64,000 nt of DNA from an uncultured Eggerthella sp. (lineage in GTDB: Bacteria > Actinomycetota > Coriobacteriia > Coriobacteriales > Eggerthellaceae): contig CBCTKC010000006.1 of assembly GCA_965147435.1 (NCBI GenBank), forward strand, positions 29,168 to 93,167. Direction: 5' to 3'. The notes under the pieces are model-generated. The model saw only the letters and a list, made by a program, of their open reading frames with translations, searched no databases and was not told the origin of the DNA. Shown here in pieces: positions 1-12,088 of this stretch (position 1 is the first letter of the stretch; every line of letters begins with the position of its first letter). Position numbers and translations under genes: made by a program.

Positions 1-100
1 TTCTTTTCCAACTTCGAGGGGGGTCGATCGGCACGTTCATTGCGGTAGCGACAGATAAAGGGGTCTTTTCGACGCCTTGCCTAGCAACGAAAGGAAGGGC

Positions 101-733
101 ATGACTGCTCAAGTGCAAGAACCGTTGAACATCGGCGTTTTGATCAGCGGTAGCGGCTCTAACCTCCAATCGCTCATCGACCATATTGAAGAAGGCACGC
201 TCAGTGCGAAAATCAGCTTGGTTGTTTCTTCGCGTCCTGATGCCTTTGGCATTGAACGCGCCAAAAAGGCAGGAATTCCCGTCTTGGTGATGAATCGCGA
301 GGCGTATGCCGACACTTCGGCGGCTAACCAGCGTATTGCTGACGCCCTGAAGGAAGCTGGTGCTGAATACGTGGTTATGGCCGGTTACATGCGTATGGTT
401 ACCGCAGAAATCCTCGACGCTTTCCCTGATAGGGTGGTGAACCTTCATCCCGCTCTGCTTCCTTCTTTCAAAGGCGCGCATGCCATTGAGGATGCATACA
501 ATTTCGGCGTGAAGGTAACTGGCGTTACGGTTCATTTCGCTAATGCCGATTACGATAAGGGCCCCATTATCGCTCAGCAGCCTGTTGAGGTTCGTGAAGG
601 TGAACCCATCGAGGCTCTTGAAGAGCGTATTCATTCGGTCGAGCATGAGCTGTATCCTCACGTGATCCAGCTTCTTGCCGAAGGGCGGGTAGGCGTTTGC
701 CCTGAAACGCGTAAGGTGCACATTTCAAGCTAA
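101..733 (+). CDS. purN: phosphoribosylglycinamide formyltransferase
   Basis: ISGSGSNLQ, LAGYM-like MAGYM and NLHPALLPSFKG motifs; ATG at 101 follows GAAAGGAAGG. Confidence 0.96.
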   Translation: MTAQVQEPLNIGVLISGSGSNLQSLIDHIEEGTLSAKISLVVSSRPDAFGIERAKKAGIPVLVMNREAYADTSAANQRIADALKEAGAEYVVMAGYMRMVTAEILDAFPDRVVNLHPALLPSFKGAHAIEDAYNFGVKVTGVTVHFANADYDKGPIIAQQPVEVREGEPIEALEERIHSVEHELYPHVIQLLAEGRVGVCPETRKVHISS

Positions 734-743
734 CTAACAGTAC

Positions 744-764
744 TGCCCGCTGGGCGGGCATTTT
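744..764 (+). terminator. intrinsic terminator-like hairpin
   Basis: TGCCCGC-TGG-GCGGGCA-TTTT just after purN stop. Confidence 0.6.
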
Positions 765-851
765 CACTTTCGAAGGTTTGCGTTTGGCTGGCGCTGCTAT
801 GCTGAACGTAACGAATATCAATAGCCAGATAATTCGGAAAGGCGGTACCAG

Positions 852-2438
852 GTGGCAGATCCTAAGGTAAAGCGTGTTCTTATGTCGGTAACGGACAAGA
901 CGGGTGTAGTGGAATTCGCTCGTGCTCTGTCCGAAGAGTTCGGTGCGCAGATCATCTCAACAGGTGGCACGGCTCGCGTTATTGCGGAGGCGGGCATTCC
1001 CGTTACCCCCATCGATGAGGTAACCCAATTCCCAGAGATGATGGATGGTCGCGTGAAGACGCTCCACCCGGCAGTTCATGGTGGTCTTCTTGCTAAGCGC
1101 GACAACCCCGAGCATATGGCTCAGGCTGCTGAGCACGGCATCGAGATGATCGACATGGTGGTGGTAAACCTTTATGCATTCGAGAAAACGGTAGAGTCCG
1201 GAGCCGATTTCGGTACCTGTATTGAAAACATCGACATCGGTGGCCCTTCTATGCTGCGTTCTGCTGCAAAGAATTTTGCAAGTGTTGCCGTTGTTACCGA
1301 TCCTGCAAGCTACGGAAGCATTCTCGCCGAAATGCGTGCAAACGATGGCGCAACCACACTCGCAACGCGTACCCAGCTTGCTCTTCGCGTGTTCCAGACT
1401 ACCAACGCTTACGACGGCGCTATCGCTGCATGGCTCGGCAACCAGTTGGGCGAGGTAAACGAGCTGTTCCCTGAGGCTCTTTCTGTTGACCTCGTTAAGC
1501 AGCAGGGTCTTCGTTATGGCGAGAACCCACACCAGAGCGCTGCGTTCTACCGCGTTCCTGAGTTCGCTACGCCGCATTCTCTGGTTAACGCTAAGCAGCT
1601 CAATGGCAAAGAACTCTCTTACAACAACATCCTCGACACCGATGCATGTTGGACGCTCGCTCGTGAGTTTGACGAGCCCGCTGTTGTGATCCTGAAGCAT
1701 CAGAATCCCTGCGGTTCCGCAACCGCAGCCGATGTTGCTACGGCTTACGACAAGGCGTTTGCTTGTGACCCGAAGAGCGCTTTTGGCGGTATCATCGCTG
1801 TTAATGCCGAGGTCACCCTCGAATTGGTTGAGCATATTAATGAGAACAAGCAGTTCGTAGAGGTACTCATTGCTCCTTCGTATGAGTCAGCTGCTCTTGA
1901 GCTGCTTCAGCAGAAGAAGAACCTGCGCGTTTTGGAGACTGGTGGGGTAGATGCTCCTGCGGCTATTGAATTCCGTTCTGTTGATGGCGGTATGCTTTGT
2001 CAGCAGGTAGATCGCGTGGATGAGGATCCTTCAGAGTTCACGGTGCCTACTAAGAAGAAGCCCACTGAAGACGAATTGCATGAAATGCTCTTTGCCTGGA
2101 AGGTTTGCAAGGGCGTTAAGTCTAATGCGATTTTGGTTTCGAAGGATCATGCTGGGATTGGCATGGGCCCTGGTCAGCCTAACCGCGTTGACTCTGCGAA
2201 GCTCGCTTGCGAACGTGCGCATGAGGCGTGCGAACGCATGGGTGTTCCTGCAGAAGGCCTGGTATGTGCATCCGATGCGTTCTTCCCGTTCCGTGATAAC
2301 GTTGATACGTTGGCAGACTATGGCGTCAAGGCCATTATCCAGCCTGGCGGTTCCATTCGTGACGAAGAGGTTATCGAGGCTTGCGATGAGCACGGCATTG
2401 CCATGGTGTTCACTGGTCATCGCCACTTCCGCCACTAG
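852..2438 (+). CDS. purH: bifunctional AICAR transformylase/IMP cyclohydrolase
   Basis: [40 protein letters not shown]-terminal TGHRHFRH. Confidence 0.98.
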   Translation: MADPKVKRVLMSVTDKTGVVEFARALSEEFGAQIISTGGTARVIAEAGIPVTPIDEVTQFPEMMDGRVKTLHPAVHGGLLAKRDNPEHMAQAAEHGIEMIDMVVVNLYAFEKTVESGADFGTCIENIDIGGPSMLRSAAKNFASVAVVTDPASYGSILAEMRANDGATTLATRTQLALRVFQTTNAYDGAIAAWLGNQLGEVNELFPEALSVDLVKQQGLRYGENPHQSAAFYRVPEFATPHSLVNAKQLNGKELSYNNILDTDACWTLAREFDEPAVVILKHQNPCGSATAADVATAYDKAFACDPKSAFGGIIAVNAEVTLELVEHINENKQFVEVLIAPSYESAALELLQQKKNLRVLETGGVDAPAAIEFRSVDGGMLCQQVDRVDEDPSEFTVPTKKKPTEDELHEMLFAWKVCKGVKSNAILVSKDHAGIGMGPGQPNRVDSAKLACERAHEACERMGVPAEGLVCASDAFFPFRDNVDTLADYGVKAIIQPGGSIRDEEVIEACDEHGIAMVFTGHRHFRH

Positions 2439-2471
2439 GTAAGTGTCGTTTCGGCAAAGTAGAACTGAATT

Positions 2472-2498
2472 AGAAACGCCCTTTGGGGCGTTTCTTTT
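2472..2498 (+). terminator. intrinsic terminator
   Basis: AGAAACGCCC-TTTG-GGGCGTTTCT-TTT after purH. Confidence 0.75.
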
Positions 2499-2625
2499 GT
2501 TTGCGGCAAGAGCATTTGGGCGGTCTTGCCCGTTCGTTTTATGACAGTTGGGGTATCGGGTTTGGCGTCTGATATACTCAAAAACAATCTTCCTACTGAA
2601 ACACAGAAAAAAGGTCCTCCCAGCA

Positions 2626-3834
2626 GTGAAGTTCAATATTCGAAATCTTATGGGCGGCTTGGTCATCATCGTCGTGCTGGCCTTCGTCTTCCTCCGTGGC
2701 GATCAGATCAATGAACTGGCGGCCACTATGGCGCAGGGTGCTATGATTCCCCTGGTCATTGCTATTCTTACGCAGCTTTGTAAATACATTTCTCAGAGTT
2801 TTGCGTACAGCTTTTCTTTCCAAGCAGTGAATGAAACCATGCATCCAAAGCATACGTTGCCTCTGGTATTTGGCACGTTCTTCCTTAACACGGTGGTTCC
2901 TTCTCTGAACCTTGCTGGTACCACCTTGGTGGTTGACGATGCTCGAAGGTGCGGCATCGAACCAGGTAAGGCAACTTCTGCAGCATTGCTTATGCAGATT
3001 ACGGTAGATTCCGCTTTTGCCACCATTATGATTATCGGGTTTTCCATCCTTGCGCTAACCGTAGGGTTATCTCCCATCTGGTTGTTGTTCGGTTTGGTGG
3101 TAATCGTTTTGGTAGGAGCCATGATCTCTGTCATGGTTTTGGGTCATAAGAACCCCGATCTCGTTGTTCGGATCCTTATCCCCATTGCCCGTTTCATCAA
3201 CAAGGTCTTGGTTCGTTTCCACAAAGACCCGATGGCTCCTTGGGTGGAAAAAACGGTGAAGTCGTTTTCCAGTGCGGCGAAGCTCATCGTGCAGAATCCT
3301 AAAATCACACTGAAGGCATGGGGCTGCTCTCTTATTGCAAGCTGCTGCGAGCTTTCTGCGTTTTGTTTGGTTGGCTATGCGTTTGGTGTTGCTGTTCCCG
3401 AGTCGTTGGTATGCGGCTATGTGGTTGCAACCCTGTTTGCCATGGTTTCGTTTACGCCGCAGGGCGTTGGTGTTGTTGAGGCGGCGGTCACTGTTGCCTT
3501 TACCGCTTTTGGCGCTTCGGCAACTGCTGGTATGGCAATTGGTTTGGTCTACCGCGGCATCGTGTTCTGGATGCCCTTCCTTATTGGTGCAATTCTTATC
3601 CAGACCACCAAGACCTTTCGTCCTAAAAGGGAAAAGAAGGAAAAGATTCCCGACAACAACTTCAACCGTCAGCGCGTTCGTGCGGAGTTGGGACGTGAAG
3701 CCGCCGAGCACAAGGCGCAGCGTGATGCGCTTCGCCCCAGTGCCGTAAGGGAAAACAATTACGATGAAGATCTGCAGTCGGGCAAGGGGGATCAAGCCTC
3801 TTCGCCCGATGAGCCAGAACTTGAAGAAGCGTAA
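2626..3834 (+). CDS. lysylphosphatidylglycerol synthase TM / flippase-like (UPF0104) membrane protein
   Basis: multi-TM protein with TPQGVGVVE and LVYRGIVFWMP motifs; start uncertain (ORF opens at 2548). Confidence 0.8.
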   Translation: MKFNIRNLMGGLVIIVVLAFVFLRGDQINELAATMAQGAMIPLVIAILTQLCKYISQSFAYSFSFQAVNETMHPKHTLPLVFGTFFLNTVVPSLNLAGTTLVVDDARRCGIEPGKATSAALLMQITVDSAFATIMIIGFSILALTVGLSPIWLLFGLVVIVLVGAMISVMVLGHKNPDLVVRILIPIARFINKVLVRFHKDPMAPWVEKTVKSFSSAAKLIVQNPKITLKAWGCSLIASCCELSAFCLVGYAFGVAVPESLVCGYVVATLFAMVSFTPQGVGVVEAAVTVAFTAFGASATAGMAIGLVYRGIVFWMPFLIGAILIQTTKTFRPKREKKEKIPDNNFNRQRVRAELGREAAEHKAQRDALRPSAVRENNYDEDLQSGKGDQASSPDEPELEEA

Positions 3835-3868
3835 TGAAAATTGTCATTTTTAAATCGAGAGGAATTCC

Positions 3869-4447
3869 ATGCCCAGTTTTATCGAGCATCTTTCGCATAC
3901 TACCCGCAGCTACCGTAGATTCCGTAGCATCTACCGCGTGCCTGAAGGTCACATGAAGAAGTGGGTCGACAACACGCGTTACACCGCTAGTGCCAAGAAC
4001 TTGCAGCCTTTGCGCTATCGCATTGTTTCCGATAGGGAAATGTGCGCGAAGGTGTACGACACGCTTGCATGGGCTGGCTACCTTACCGATTGGGAAGGCC
4101 CTGAAGAAAAAGAACGCCCAACTGGTTACATCGTAATGGCGGTCGACACTAAGGTCTCTTCGGTTCAGGCCGCTCAGATTGACATGGGCATCTGCGCGCA
4201 AACCATTATGCTTGCATCTACAGAAGAAGGCTTTGGCGGTTGCATGATCATGTCCTTCAAGAAACAACAGCTTAAAGAAATCCTGGAGATGCCCGAAAAC
4301 CTTGAACCGGTGTTGGTGCTTGCTTTGGGCAAGCCTTGCGAAGAAGTATGCATCGTTGATATGGAAGATGACGATGTGAAGTACTATCGCGATGAAAACC
4401 AGGTGCACTACGTACCTAAGCGTTCGTTCGATAGCATCATGTTCTAG
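3869..4447 (+). CDS. nitroreductase family protein
   Basis: RSYRRF, SAKNLQP, DMGICAQTIML, GFGGC motifs. Confidence 0.88.
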   Translation: MPSFIEHLSHTTRSYRRFRSIYRVPEGHMKKWVDNTRYTASAKNLQPLRYRIVSDREMCAKVYDTLAWAGYLTDWEGPEEKERPTGYIVMAVDTKVSSVQAAQIDMGICAQTIMLASTEEGFGGCMIMSFKKQQLKEILEMPENLEPVLVLALGKPCEEVCIVDMEDDDVKYYRDENQVHYVPKRSFDSIMF

Positions 4448-4449
4448 CC

Positions 4450-5385
4450 ATGAAGAAGTCAGAGGCACTTAATACCCTTGGTCTTGCGCAGGGCGCTTCG
4501 GATGAAGACATCAAGAAAGCGCATCGCAAACTGATCATTGAGAACCATCCCGACAAGTTCGGGCAGGATGAACAGGCGCGAGCTAAGGCTGAAGAAAAAA
4601 CGAAACTCATTAACGAGGCGCGTGATGTGCTTCTGAACCATTCGTGGGATCCTGAGTACAGCACCTCGGGAACTCCTTATGGAGCGCCGTTTTCCTATAA
4701 CCCTTCTGCGGGTCGTCCTCAGAATGCCCAAGGCAATCCATTTGAAGGATGGCCGTTTACTGAATCGTTTGTTTGGACCACATGGGATGAAAACGGAAAC
4801 AAAACTACGTACACCAGCACAGGGGGCAATCCCTTCCAAGGGAATCCATTCGGCGCGAACCCGTTTTCGTGGACCGATCCCTTCGACATGGGTGGTGCGC
4901 ATGCGGGCGATTCTGGCTCCAACGGGGCAGGGGGACGTTCCTACCAAGGCAACCAGTGGGGTGGCAACCCTTTTGCCAATTCGTCGAACCCCTTTAAGGG
5001 AACAGTGTTCGATTTCAGTTCATTCTTTTCGAATGCCCCCACAGCAGAAGAACTGGTCCAGGAAGCAAAAGCCGATTTGCGGCTGGATATTGAGCTTATT
5101 GTCGCGAAACTTGTTATTTTGGCGCTGTCGTTTTTGCTGAGCGCCCCAGCAACGGGCTTGTATCTGTACACCATCATCTCCATTGGCCAGGGCATCTGGA
5201 AGCGTCTGAATTTCCTTTCTCTTGTCCTGCTTGTGCCTTTCGTGATGTTGGCGCTCATCTTCACGCCAGGGGGAGACGCGACCATTGGGATAATTGCCCT
5301 GATTCTGTTTGCCTGCGCGGTAGGCTTCGACATATCGAATGTGTATCGCCATGTGAAAATGATTCGTACCCTAAAGAGGAACTAG
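4450..5385 (+). CDS. J-domain protein with G/F/NPF-rich linker and C-terminal TM helices
   Basis: N-terminal J domain (HPD motif, INEARDVL), hydrophobic C-terminus. Confidence 0.85.
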   Translation: MKKSEALNTLGLAQGASDEDIKKAHRKLIIENHPDKFGQDEQARAKAEEKTKLINEARDVLLNHSWDPEYSTSGTPYGAPFSYNPSAGRPQNAQGNPFEGWPFTESFVWTTWDENGNKTTYTSTGGNPFQGNPFGANPFSWTDPFDMGGAHAGDSGSNGAGGRSYQGNQWGGNPFANSSNPFKGTVFDFSSFFSNAPTAEELVQEAKADLRLDIELIVAKLVILALSFLLSAPATGLYLYTIISIGQGIWKRLNFLSLVLLVPFVMLALIFTPGGDATIGIIALILFACAVGFDISNVYRHVKMIRTLKRN

Positions 5386-5500
5386 GGTCAAGTTAACGGT
5401 TGGTTAAGATCGCGCGAGGCTCGCTTTGGCGGGCCTCGTTCCGTAAGTAGGGGTGATATAATCTGAAAACTTAGCAGTAGGTATTGATGAAGGAGAGCGT

Positions 5501-6769
5501 ATGCCACGTCCTATGACCATGGCAGAGAAGATCCTTGCAGCCCATGCGGGGCTCGAGGAAGTGGTTCCCGGCCAATTGATCGAGTGCAACCTTGACCTCG
5601 TTCTTTCCAACGACGTTACCGCACCCATCGCCATTAAGGAATTCAAGAAGATCGGCGTAGAAAAGGTTTTCGATCCTACCAAGATCGCTTTGGTTCCCGA
5701 CCACTACGTACCCAACAAGGACATTAAGAGCGCCGAACAAGCCAAGATGACGCGCGATTTTGCCCGTGAGCAGGGTATCACCCATTACTACGAAGTGGGT
5801 TGCATGGGTGTAGAGCACGCACTCCTACCTGAGCAGGGCGTTGTAGGCGCTGGCGACCTCATCATTGGCGCTGATAGCCATACCTGCACCTATGGTGCGT
5901 TGGGCGCATTCTCCACTGGCGTTGGTTCTACCGATGCTGCTGTGGGCTATGCCACCGGCAAAGCATGGTTTAAGGTTCCTGAAAGCCTGCTGTTCAACGT
6001 TGAAGGCGAGCTTCGCCCTGGTGTTACCGGTAAGGACATCATTCTTCATATTATCGGTATGATCGGCGTAGATGGCGCTCTGTACCAGGCAATGGAATTC
6101 CGTGGAAGCGCCATTGAAGGCCTTACCATGGACGAGCGCCTTTCCATTTCCAACATGGCTATCGAGGCGGGCGGCAAAGCTGGCCTTATTCCTGTCGACG
6201 ATGTTACTCGCAAGTACATGGACGGCCGCACCGAGCGCCCCTATACCGAGTACCACTCTGACCCCGATGCGGTATATGCGAAGGTGTACAACATCGACGC
6301 GCAGGATATCGTTCCTACAGTTGCTTTCCCGCACTTGCCCTCTAACACGCGTCCTGCATCCGAGGCTCGTGATATCGTTATCCAGCAGTCCGTTATCGGC
6401 TCTTGCACTAACGGCCGCATCGAAGATATGCGTCAGGCCGCCGCTGTGCTGAAGGGTCATAAGGTTCATCGTGATGTTCGTTGCATCATCATCCCTGCAA
6501 CGCAACAGGTTTACCGTCAGTGCATCAAGGAAGGCCTGATGGATATCTTCCTGGACGCCAACTGCGCAGTCTCCACTCCTACGTGCGGTCCTTGCCTGGG
6601 TGGCTACATGGGTATTCTTGCCGCTGGCGAGCGTTCTATCGCAACCACCAACCGCAACTTCGTAGGCCGCATGGGTGATCCCACCAGCGAGGTGTACCTC
6701 TCTTCGCCGGCAGTTGCTGCTGCCAGCGCTGTGCTGGGTCATATCGGTCTTCCTGAAGATCTTGATTAA
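5501..6769 (+). CDS. leuC: 3-isopropylmalate dehydratase large subunit
   Basis: [29 protein letters not shown]; next to leuD/leuB. Confidence 0.96.
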   Translation: MPRPMTMAEKILAAHAGLEEVVPGQLIECNLDLVLSNDVTAPIAIKEFKKIGVEKVFDPTKIALVPDHYVPNKDIKSAEQAKMTRDFAREQGITHYYEVGCMGVEHALLPEQGVVGAGDLIIGADSHTCTYGALGAFSTGVGSTDAAVGYATGKAWFKVPESLLFNVEGELRPGVTGKDIILHIIGMIGVDGALYQAMEFRGSAIEGLTMDERLSISNMAIEAGGKAGLIPVDDVTRKYMDGRTERPYTEYHSDPDAVYAKVYNIDAQDIVPTVAFPHLPSNTRPASEARDIVIQQSVIGSCTNGRIEDMRQAAAVLKGHKVHRDVRCIIIPATQQVYRQCIKEGLMDIFLDANCAVSTPTCGPCLGGYMGILAAGERSIATTNRNFVGRMGDPTSEVYLSSPAVAAASAVLGHIGLPEDLD

Positions 6770-6783
6770 TTAGGAGAAGCGCA

Positions 6784-7281
6784 ATGCAATTTAAGGGAAC
6801 AGTTCATCGCTACGGTCGCGATATTGATACCGACGTAATTATCCCAGCTCGCTACCTCACCACTTCCGAGCCTTCCGAACTTGCCAAGCACTGCTTGGAG
6901 GATTTGGATGTCGAGTTCGTCAACAACGTAAAGTCCGGTGACATCATTGTTGCCGAAGAAAACTTTGGTTGCGGCTCTTCGCGCGAGCATGCACCTATCG
7001 CCATCAAGGCTGCGGGCGTAGATGCCGTTATTGCCAAGAGCTTTGCTCGCATCTTCTATCGCAACTCTATCAACACGGGGCTTGCTATTCTTGAATGCCC
7101 TGAAGCGGTAGATGCTATCAAGAATGGCGATGTTGTTAGCGTCGATACCGAAACCGGTACCATTACCGACGAAACCACGGGTGAAAGCTTTACGGCTCAG
7201 CCTTTCCCGCCCTTTATTGCCGATATCATCGAGCAAGGCGGCTTGCTGAACCGCACGCGCCACGTGCTGGGGCTTGCCTAA
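6784..7281 (+). CDS. leuD: 3-isopropylmalate dehydratase small subunit
   Basis: [33 protein letters not shown]. Confidence 0.96.
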   Translation: MQFKGTVHRYGRDIDTDVIIPARYLTTSEPSELAKHCLEDLDVEFVNNVKSGDIIVAEENFGCGSSREHAPIAIKAAGVDAVIAKSFARIFYRNSINTGLAILECPEAVDAIKNGDVVSVDTETGTITDETTGESFTAQPFPPFIADIIEQGGLLNRTRHVLGLA

Positions 7282-7383
7282 GCGTTCGTTTCGAACGTAA
7301 TTTCTTGAAACGCCTTTCGGGGCGTTTCTTTCTTTGCGGTAATATCGTTTGCGAACTGTTTTTCGCTGAAAGAGGATTTCACT

Positions 7384-8493
7384 ATGACCAAGACGTACAA
7401 GATCTGCACGTTGCCCGGCGACGGAATCGGCCCCGAGATCATGGCCGAAGGCGTTAAAGTGCTGAAGGCATTGGGTGAAAAGTATGACGTCGATTTCGCA
7501 TGCGAAGATGCTTTAATCGGCGGTTGCGCTATCGATGCTACAGGCGAAGCGCTTCCTCAGGCAACGCTTGATGCTGCCAATGCGTCGGATGCGGTACTGC
7601 TCGCTGCAGTGGGCGGCCCGAAGTGGGACACCACCGATCCCTCGAAGCCTCGTCCTGAGCAGGGTTTGCTCGGCATTCGTAAGGCGCTTGGCTTGTATAC
7701 CAACCTGCGCCCCGTTCAGATTTTCAACGCATTGGCTGAGGCCTCTACCTTGAAGCCTGAGGTGATTGATGGCGTAGACATGATGATTGTTCGCGAGCTT
7801 ACCGGCGGTTTGTATTTTGGTAAGCGCGAGCGTTTCTACGACGAAGAGGGCGCAGGTACCGATGGCAAACCTGGCCAGCGCGCATACGATACGCTTGAGT
7901 ATCGTGAATATGAGATTGAGCGCATTGCCCGTCAGGCATTCGAAGCTGCCCGCAAGCGCGGCAAGAAGGTTACCAGCGTCGACAAGGCTAACGTTTTGGA
8001 GACCAGCCGCATGTGGCGCGAAATCGTTCATCGAATTGGCGCAGAAGAATATCCCGATGTTCAGCTCGAGGATCTGCTGGTAGACAACACGGCAATGCAG
8101 CTTATCAGCCGTCCCGCTGATTTCGATGTAGTGGTTACCGAAAACATGTTTGGTGATATTTTGTCCGACGAGGCTGCTCAGATCACGGGTTCGCTGGGCA
8201 TGCTTGCAAGCGCTTCCTTGGGTGACGGCGTTGCTCTGTATGAGCCGAGCCATGGCAGTGCGCCCGACATCGCGGGCCAGGGCATCGCGAACCCCTTGGC
8301 TCAGATCATGTCGGTTGGCATGATGTTGCGTTACAGCTTCGACATGGGCCAAGCGGCAGATGATATCCAGCGCGCTATCACCGAAGTGCTTGACGAGGGA
8401 TGGCGCACGGGCGACCTGAAGGACGCTTCCACTCCTGCCGATAAAGTAGTCGGCACAGTTGCTATGGGCGATCTGATCGTTCAACATCTGTAA
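7384..8493 (+). CDS. leuB: 3-isopropylmalate dehydrogenase
   Basis: [46 protein letters not shown]. Confidence 0.97.
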   Translation: MTKTYKICTLPGDGIGPEIMAEGVKVLKALGEKYDVDFACEDALIGGCAIDATGEALPQATLDAANASDAVLLAAVGGPKWDTTDPSKPRPEQGLLGIRKALGLYTNLRPVQIFNALAEASTLKPEVIDGVDMMIVRELTGGLYFGKRERFYDEEGAGTDGKPGQRAYDTLEYREYEIERIARQAFEAARKRGKKVTSVDKANVLETSRMWREIVHRIGAEEYPDVQLEDLLVDNTAMQLISRPADFDVVVTENMFGDILSDEAAQITGSLGMLASASLGDGVALYEPSHGSAPDIAGQGIANPLAQIMSVGMMLRYSFDMGQAADDIQRAITEVLDEGWRTGDLKDASTPADKVVGTVAMGDLIVQHL

Positions 8494-8510
8494 GCCTAGA
8501 TGTGCTTTTG

Positions 8511-8543
8511 CGGCCTCTGTCTTTCTCGACGGAGGCCGTTTTT
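8511..8543 (+). terminator. intrinsic terminator of leu operon
   Basis: CGGCCTCTGTC-loop-GACGGAGGCCG-TTTTT. Confidence 0.75.
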
Positions 8544-8555
8544 CGTTTGTCGGGG

Positions 8556-8614
8556 AAATAGGGACAGGTACCAGATTCCCGCTTTTCGTGGGAATCTGGT
8601 ACCTGTCCCTATTT
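8556..8614. repeat. REP-like palindrome, copy 1 (25-bp perfect inverted repeat)
   Basis: AAATAGGGACAGGTACCAGATTCCC / GGGAATCTGGTACCTGTCCCTATTT; same arms recur at 41410-41475. Confidence 0.9.
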
Positions 8615-8719
8615 TCCTACCCGTGTTCCTTTTTTGCGTGCTAATGCAGCGCTATAATAGTGCGGTTACAGGCACAGGAGTGCCTAAGTTGAGTTTTGAA
8701 AGAGAGCAGCACAGAGCAT

Positions 8720-10021
8720 ATGGCAGTGAAAGCACCTGAGGGAACCTTCGATCTTCTTCCCGATGATGTGCGGTTTTGGGATCATTTCCGTCAAACCGCA
8801 TTTGAGATTTTCGGTCGTTGCGGCTATCAGCCCATTGAAACCCCGCTGTTTGAACAGACGGATCTGTTCGTGCGCGGCATCGGTCAGTCCACCGATGTTG
8901 TTTCTAAAGAAATGTTCACTGTTGTTTCCGGTGGCAACATGGAAAAGCTTCTTGCTGGTGAATCGCTGAAAGCAAAAAGCCGCCTTTCTCTTCGCCCGGA
9001 GGGAACAGCAGGTACTGTTCGCGCCGTGGTGCAGCATGATATGGTTCCACAGGGCGGTGCTCCCGCAAAGCTTATGTATGCTGGTCCGATGTTCCGTGCT
9101 GAGCGCCCTCAGAAGGGTCGCTTGCGTCAGTTCCGCCAGGTGGGCGTTGAGTGCCTGGGTGCTGATGAGCCAACGGTAGATGCCGAAGCAATCATCATGC
9201 TGATGCGTTTCTATGAAGCCATCGGTATTCCCGCTTCGGAAACTCGCCTGCTTTTGAACTCTATGGGCTGCGAGAAGTGCCGTCCGGCTTACCGTGAAAT
9301 GGTACGCGAGCACATCCACCAGCATTCGGAAGAGCTGTGCGAAGAGTGCAACCATCGTGCCGACCTGAACCCACTTCGTGCATTCGATTGCAAAAACGAG
9401 CATTGCCATGAGGTGATGGAGGGAGCTCCCAAGATCACCGATCACCTGTGTGACGATTGCCGTGCCCATTACGAGGCAGTAAAGGACTATTTGGATGCTG
9501 CGGGTATTGCGTATGTCGAGGATTCCCGTCTGGTTCGTGGCTTGGATTATTACACGCGCACGGTGTTTGAGATCCAGGTTGATACGGGCATGGGCAGCCA
9601 GAACGCCATCGGTGGCGGTGGTCGCTACGACAAGCTCGCTAAAGAGGTTGGCGGTCGCGATACTCCGGGCTTGGGCTTTGCGCTGGGCTACGAGCGTTGC
9701 GTGCTGGCGTTGGAGGCGCTCGGTGCTAAAGCGTCGAGCGAAGTTGCGCCTGCTGCATTTATTGCTTGTGTCGATGACTCTACCCGTGCAACCGCTTTCA
9801 ACTTGGCGCAGGAGCTTCGTGCTCAGGGGCTTTATATCGAAGTGGATCACCAGAAGCGCAGCCTGAAGAGCCAGTTCAAATTGGCCGACAAGCTTTCCGC
9901 TCGCAAGGTTATCGTGCTCGGTCCCGATGAGGTTGTCGAAGGCGTTGCCAAGATTCGCGATATGGAAACCCATGAAGAGCAGGCAGTAAAGCTCGATGCC
10001 GTTGCGGAGGCCTTGGCGTAG
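8720..10021 (+). CDS. hisS: histidine--tRNA ligase
   Basis: LRPEGTA, FRAERPQKGRLRQF, LVRGLDYY, GGGRYD. Confidence 0.97.
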   Translation: MAVKAPEGTFDLLPDDVRFWDHFRQTAFEIFGRCGYQPIETPLFEQTDLFVRGIGQSTDVVSKEMFTVVSGGNMEKLLAGESLKAKSRLSLRPEGTAGTVRAVVQHDMVPQGGAPAKLMYAGPMFRAERPQKGRLRQFRQVGVECLGADEPTVDAEAIIMLMRFYEAIGIPASETRLLLNSMGCEKCRPAYREMVREHIHQHSEELCEECNHRADLNPLRAFDCKNEHCHEVMEGAPKITDHLCDDCRAHYEAVKDYLDAAGIAYVEDSRLVRGLDYYTRTVFEIQVDTGMGSQNAIGGGGRYDKLAKEVGGRDTPGLGFALGYERCVLALEALGAKASSEVAPAAFIACVDDSTRATAFNLAQELRAQGLYIEVDHQKRSLKSQFKLADKLSARKVIVLGPDEVVEGVAKIRDMETHEEQAVKLDAVAEALA

Positions 10022-10157
10022 GGAATAGGCATTTCGCCTGAATTTGATTACCGCACCGAGTTGCGCATGTGCGCTTCCCTGGTGAAGAGATACGTAGTAA
10101 ACAGTAGCTGCTTTGCAAAGCAGCTGGTAGCGATAGGAAAGAGGAGCAAGCACTACC

Positions 10158-11936
10158 ATGACCGATTATCTGAACGAATACTGCATGCACTCCCACACGT
10201 GTGGGCAGCTGCGCCGCAGCGACGTTGACGCAGAGGTTACCCTGACCGGTTGGGTATGGCACAACCGCGACCATGGCGGTCTTATCTTCGTTGACCTGCG
10301 CGATCGCGAGGGTTATACCCAGGTTGTCGTTGACCCTGATTGCGTAAGCGAAGAGGACTTCCATGTAGCTGAGCATCTGGGCCGCGAATATGCCCTGGAA
10401 GTTACCGGTAAGGTACGCGCCCGTTTGGACGAGGCTGTCAACCCGAATATGGCAACTGGCGAAATCGAGGTTTTGGCAAGCTCCGTTAAGGTGCTGAACA
10501 CCTCCGTTACTCCTCCGTTCTCCATTGAAGACGGCATCGAAACCGACGAAACCACTCGTATGAAGTGGCGTTATCTCGACCTCCGTCGTCCCGAGATGTA
10601 TGCAAACCTGAAGCTTCGTCATGTTGTTGCTCAGGCGATGCGTTCGGCTCTTAACAAGCGTGGCTTCCTTGAGGTTGAGACTCCTATCTTGGCAAACTCC
10701 ACCCCTGAAGGCGCACGTGACTACATCGTTCCTTCCCGTCCCAACCCTGGCAAGTTCTATGCATTGCCCCAGAGCCCTCAGCAGTTCAAGCAGATGCTGA
10801 TGGTAGGCGGCATTGAGCGCTATTACCAGATTGCACGTTGCTTCCGCGATGAGGACCTTCGCGCAGATCGTCAGCCCGAGTTTACTCAGGTTGACATCGA
10901 GATGTCTTTCGTTAAGGAAAACGATGTAATCGACATGATGGAAGGCGTTTTCCAGGAAGTTCTGGAAGCGGCTGGCGTAGAGCATGAGTTCCCGCTGCAG
11001 CGCATGCCCTGGAAAGAGGCAATGGATCGTTTTGGTTGCGACCGTCCCGATATCCGCTTTGGCATGGAGCTCGTTGAGCTTACCGAAATCGTTCGTGGTT
11101 GCGGCTTTGGCGTATTCTCCAAGGCGGTAGAAGCCGGCAACATCGTTAAGGCCATCAACTGCAAGGGCGCTGGCGACTGGAGCCGTGGCGAGATTGAGAA
11201 GCTGGGCAACATCGCTTCCGAAAATGGCGCTAAGGGCATGGCTTGGATTGCTTACACCACTGATGGCAAGGAAAAGAGCCCCATCATCAAATTCTTGGGT
11301 GACGAAGTTCATGCCAAGATCAAGGAAGCAATGAACGTAGAAGCAGGCGACTTGGTTCTGTTTGCTGCAGATACTTTCGATATCGCAAACGCTGTTCTTT
11401 CTGCCCTGCGTTTGCACATGGCTGATGCGTTGGACATCCCTCGCCCCGGTCATAAGCTGCTTTGGGTTGTTGACTTCCCGATGTTCAAGTTCGACGAGGA
11501 AACCAACAAGTATGCAGCAGAGCATCATCCCTTCACGATGATTCCCGAGGCTGACTGGGATAAGATTGAAACCGATCCTCTGGCTTGCGGCAGCTACAGC
11601 TACGACATCGTTATGGACGGCTTCGAAGCTGGCGGTGGCTCCATCCGTATTCACAACGCCGAGCTGCAGAAGCGCGTTCTTGCTCGTTGCGGCGTAGATG
11701 AAGAGGACATGGAAGTGAAGTTCGGTCACCTTATCCATGCTCTTGAGCTCGGTGCGCCCCCTCATGGCGGCATTGCTATCGGCCTTGATCGTCTGGTTAT
11801 GCTCTTGGCTGGCAAGCAGTCCATTCGCGACGTTATCGCCTTCCCGAAGACGAGCTCCGCTTCTGACCCCATGACGGGCGCCCCGAATGCGGTTACCGCA
11901 AAGCAGCTGAAGGAAGTAGCCCTGCGCACCCTGTAA
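10158..11936 (+). CDS. aspS: aspartate--tRNA ligase (RDHGG suggests non-discriminating type)
   Basis: [56 protein letters not shown]. Confidence 0.97.
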   Translation: MTDYLNEYCMHSHTCGQLRRSDVDAEVTLTGWVWHNRDHGGLIFVDLRDREGYTQVVVDPDCVSEEDFHVAEHLGREYALEVTGKVRARLDEAVNPNMATGEIEVLASSVKVLNTSVTPPFSIEDGIETDETTRMKWRYLDLRRPEMYANLKLRHVVAQAMRSALNKRGFLEVETPILANSTPEGARDYIVPSRPNPGKFYALPQSPQQFKQMLMVGGIERYYQIARCFRDEDLRADRQPEFTQVDIEMSFVKENDVIDMMEGVFQEVLEAAGVEHEFPLQRMPWKEAMDRFGCDRPDIRFGMELVELTEIVRGCGFGVFSKAVEAGNIVKAINCKGAGDWSRGEIEKLGNIASENGAKGMAWIAYTTDGKEKSPIIKFLGDEVHAKIKEAMNVEAGDLVLFAADTFDIANAVLSALRLHMADALDIPRPGHKLLWVVDFPMFKFDEETNKYAAEHHPFTMIPEADWDKIETDPLACGSYSYDIVMDGFEAGGGSIRIHNAELQKRVLARCGVDEEDMEVKFGHLIHALELGAPPHGGIAIGLDRLVMLLAGKQSIRDVIAFPKTSSASDPMTGAPNAVTAKQLKEVALRTL

Positions 11937-12050
11937 ACGGGAACATAGAGGCAGGTATCGTTTTTCCACTTTGCTTTGATTGTGGGATGCAGAAGGCTTC
12001 TTTCGGCGTAGAGTGAGCATGCTCCTTTTTGCTTTAGCAAATACGGCTAT

Positions 12051-12088
12051 ATGCCCGTTGGTTCATTAGCGAACCAACGGGCATTTTA
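12051..12088 (+). terminator. intrinsic terminator
   Basis: ATGCCCGTTGGTTC-ATTAGC-GAACCAACGGGCAT-TTTA. Confidence 0.8.

Noticed and set aside
734..851. ZTP (pfl) riboswitch before purH
   Set aside because: Only a simple terminator-like hairpin is visible, with no aptamer pattern I can support
8556..8614. CRISPR repeat
   Set aside because: Isolated palindromes with no repeat-spacer array and no cas genes
9909..12020. 703-aa minus-strand ORF and other long antisense ORFs (e.g. 8684-10159, 18497-19573, 31902-33080, 59250-60500)
   Set aside because: They lie opposite clearly identified genes and show no recognisable motifs; these are codon-bias shadow frames
11937..12050. Possible 6S RNA downstream of aspS
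   Set aside because: Only about 115 nt before the terminator and no long rod-like fold visible; an Rfam scan would settle it
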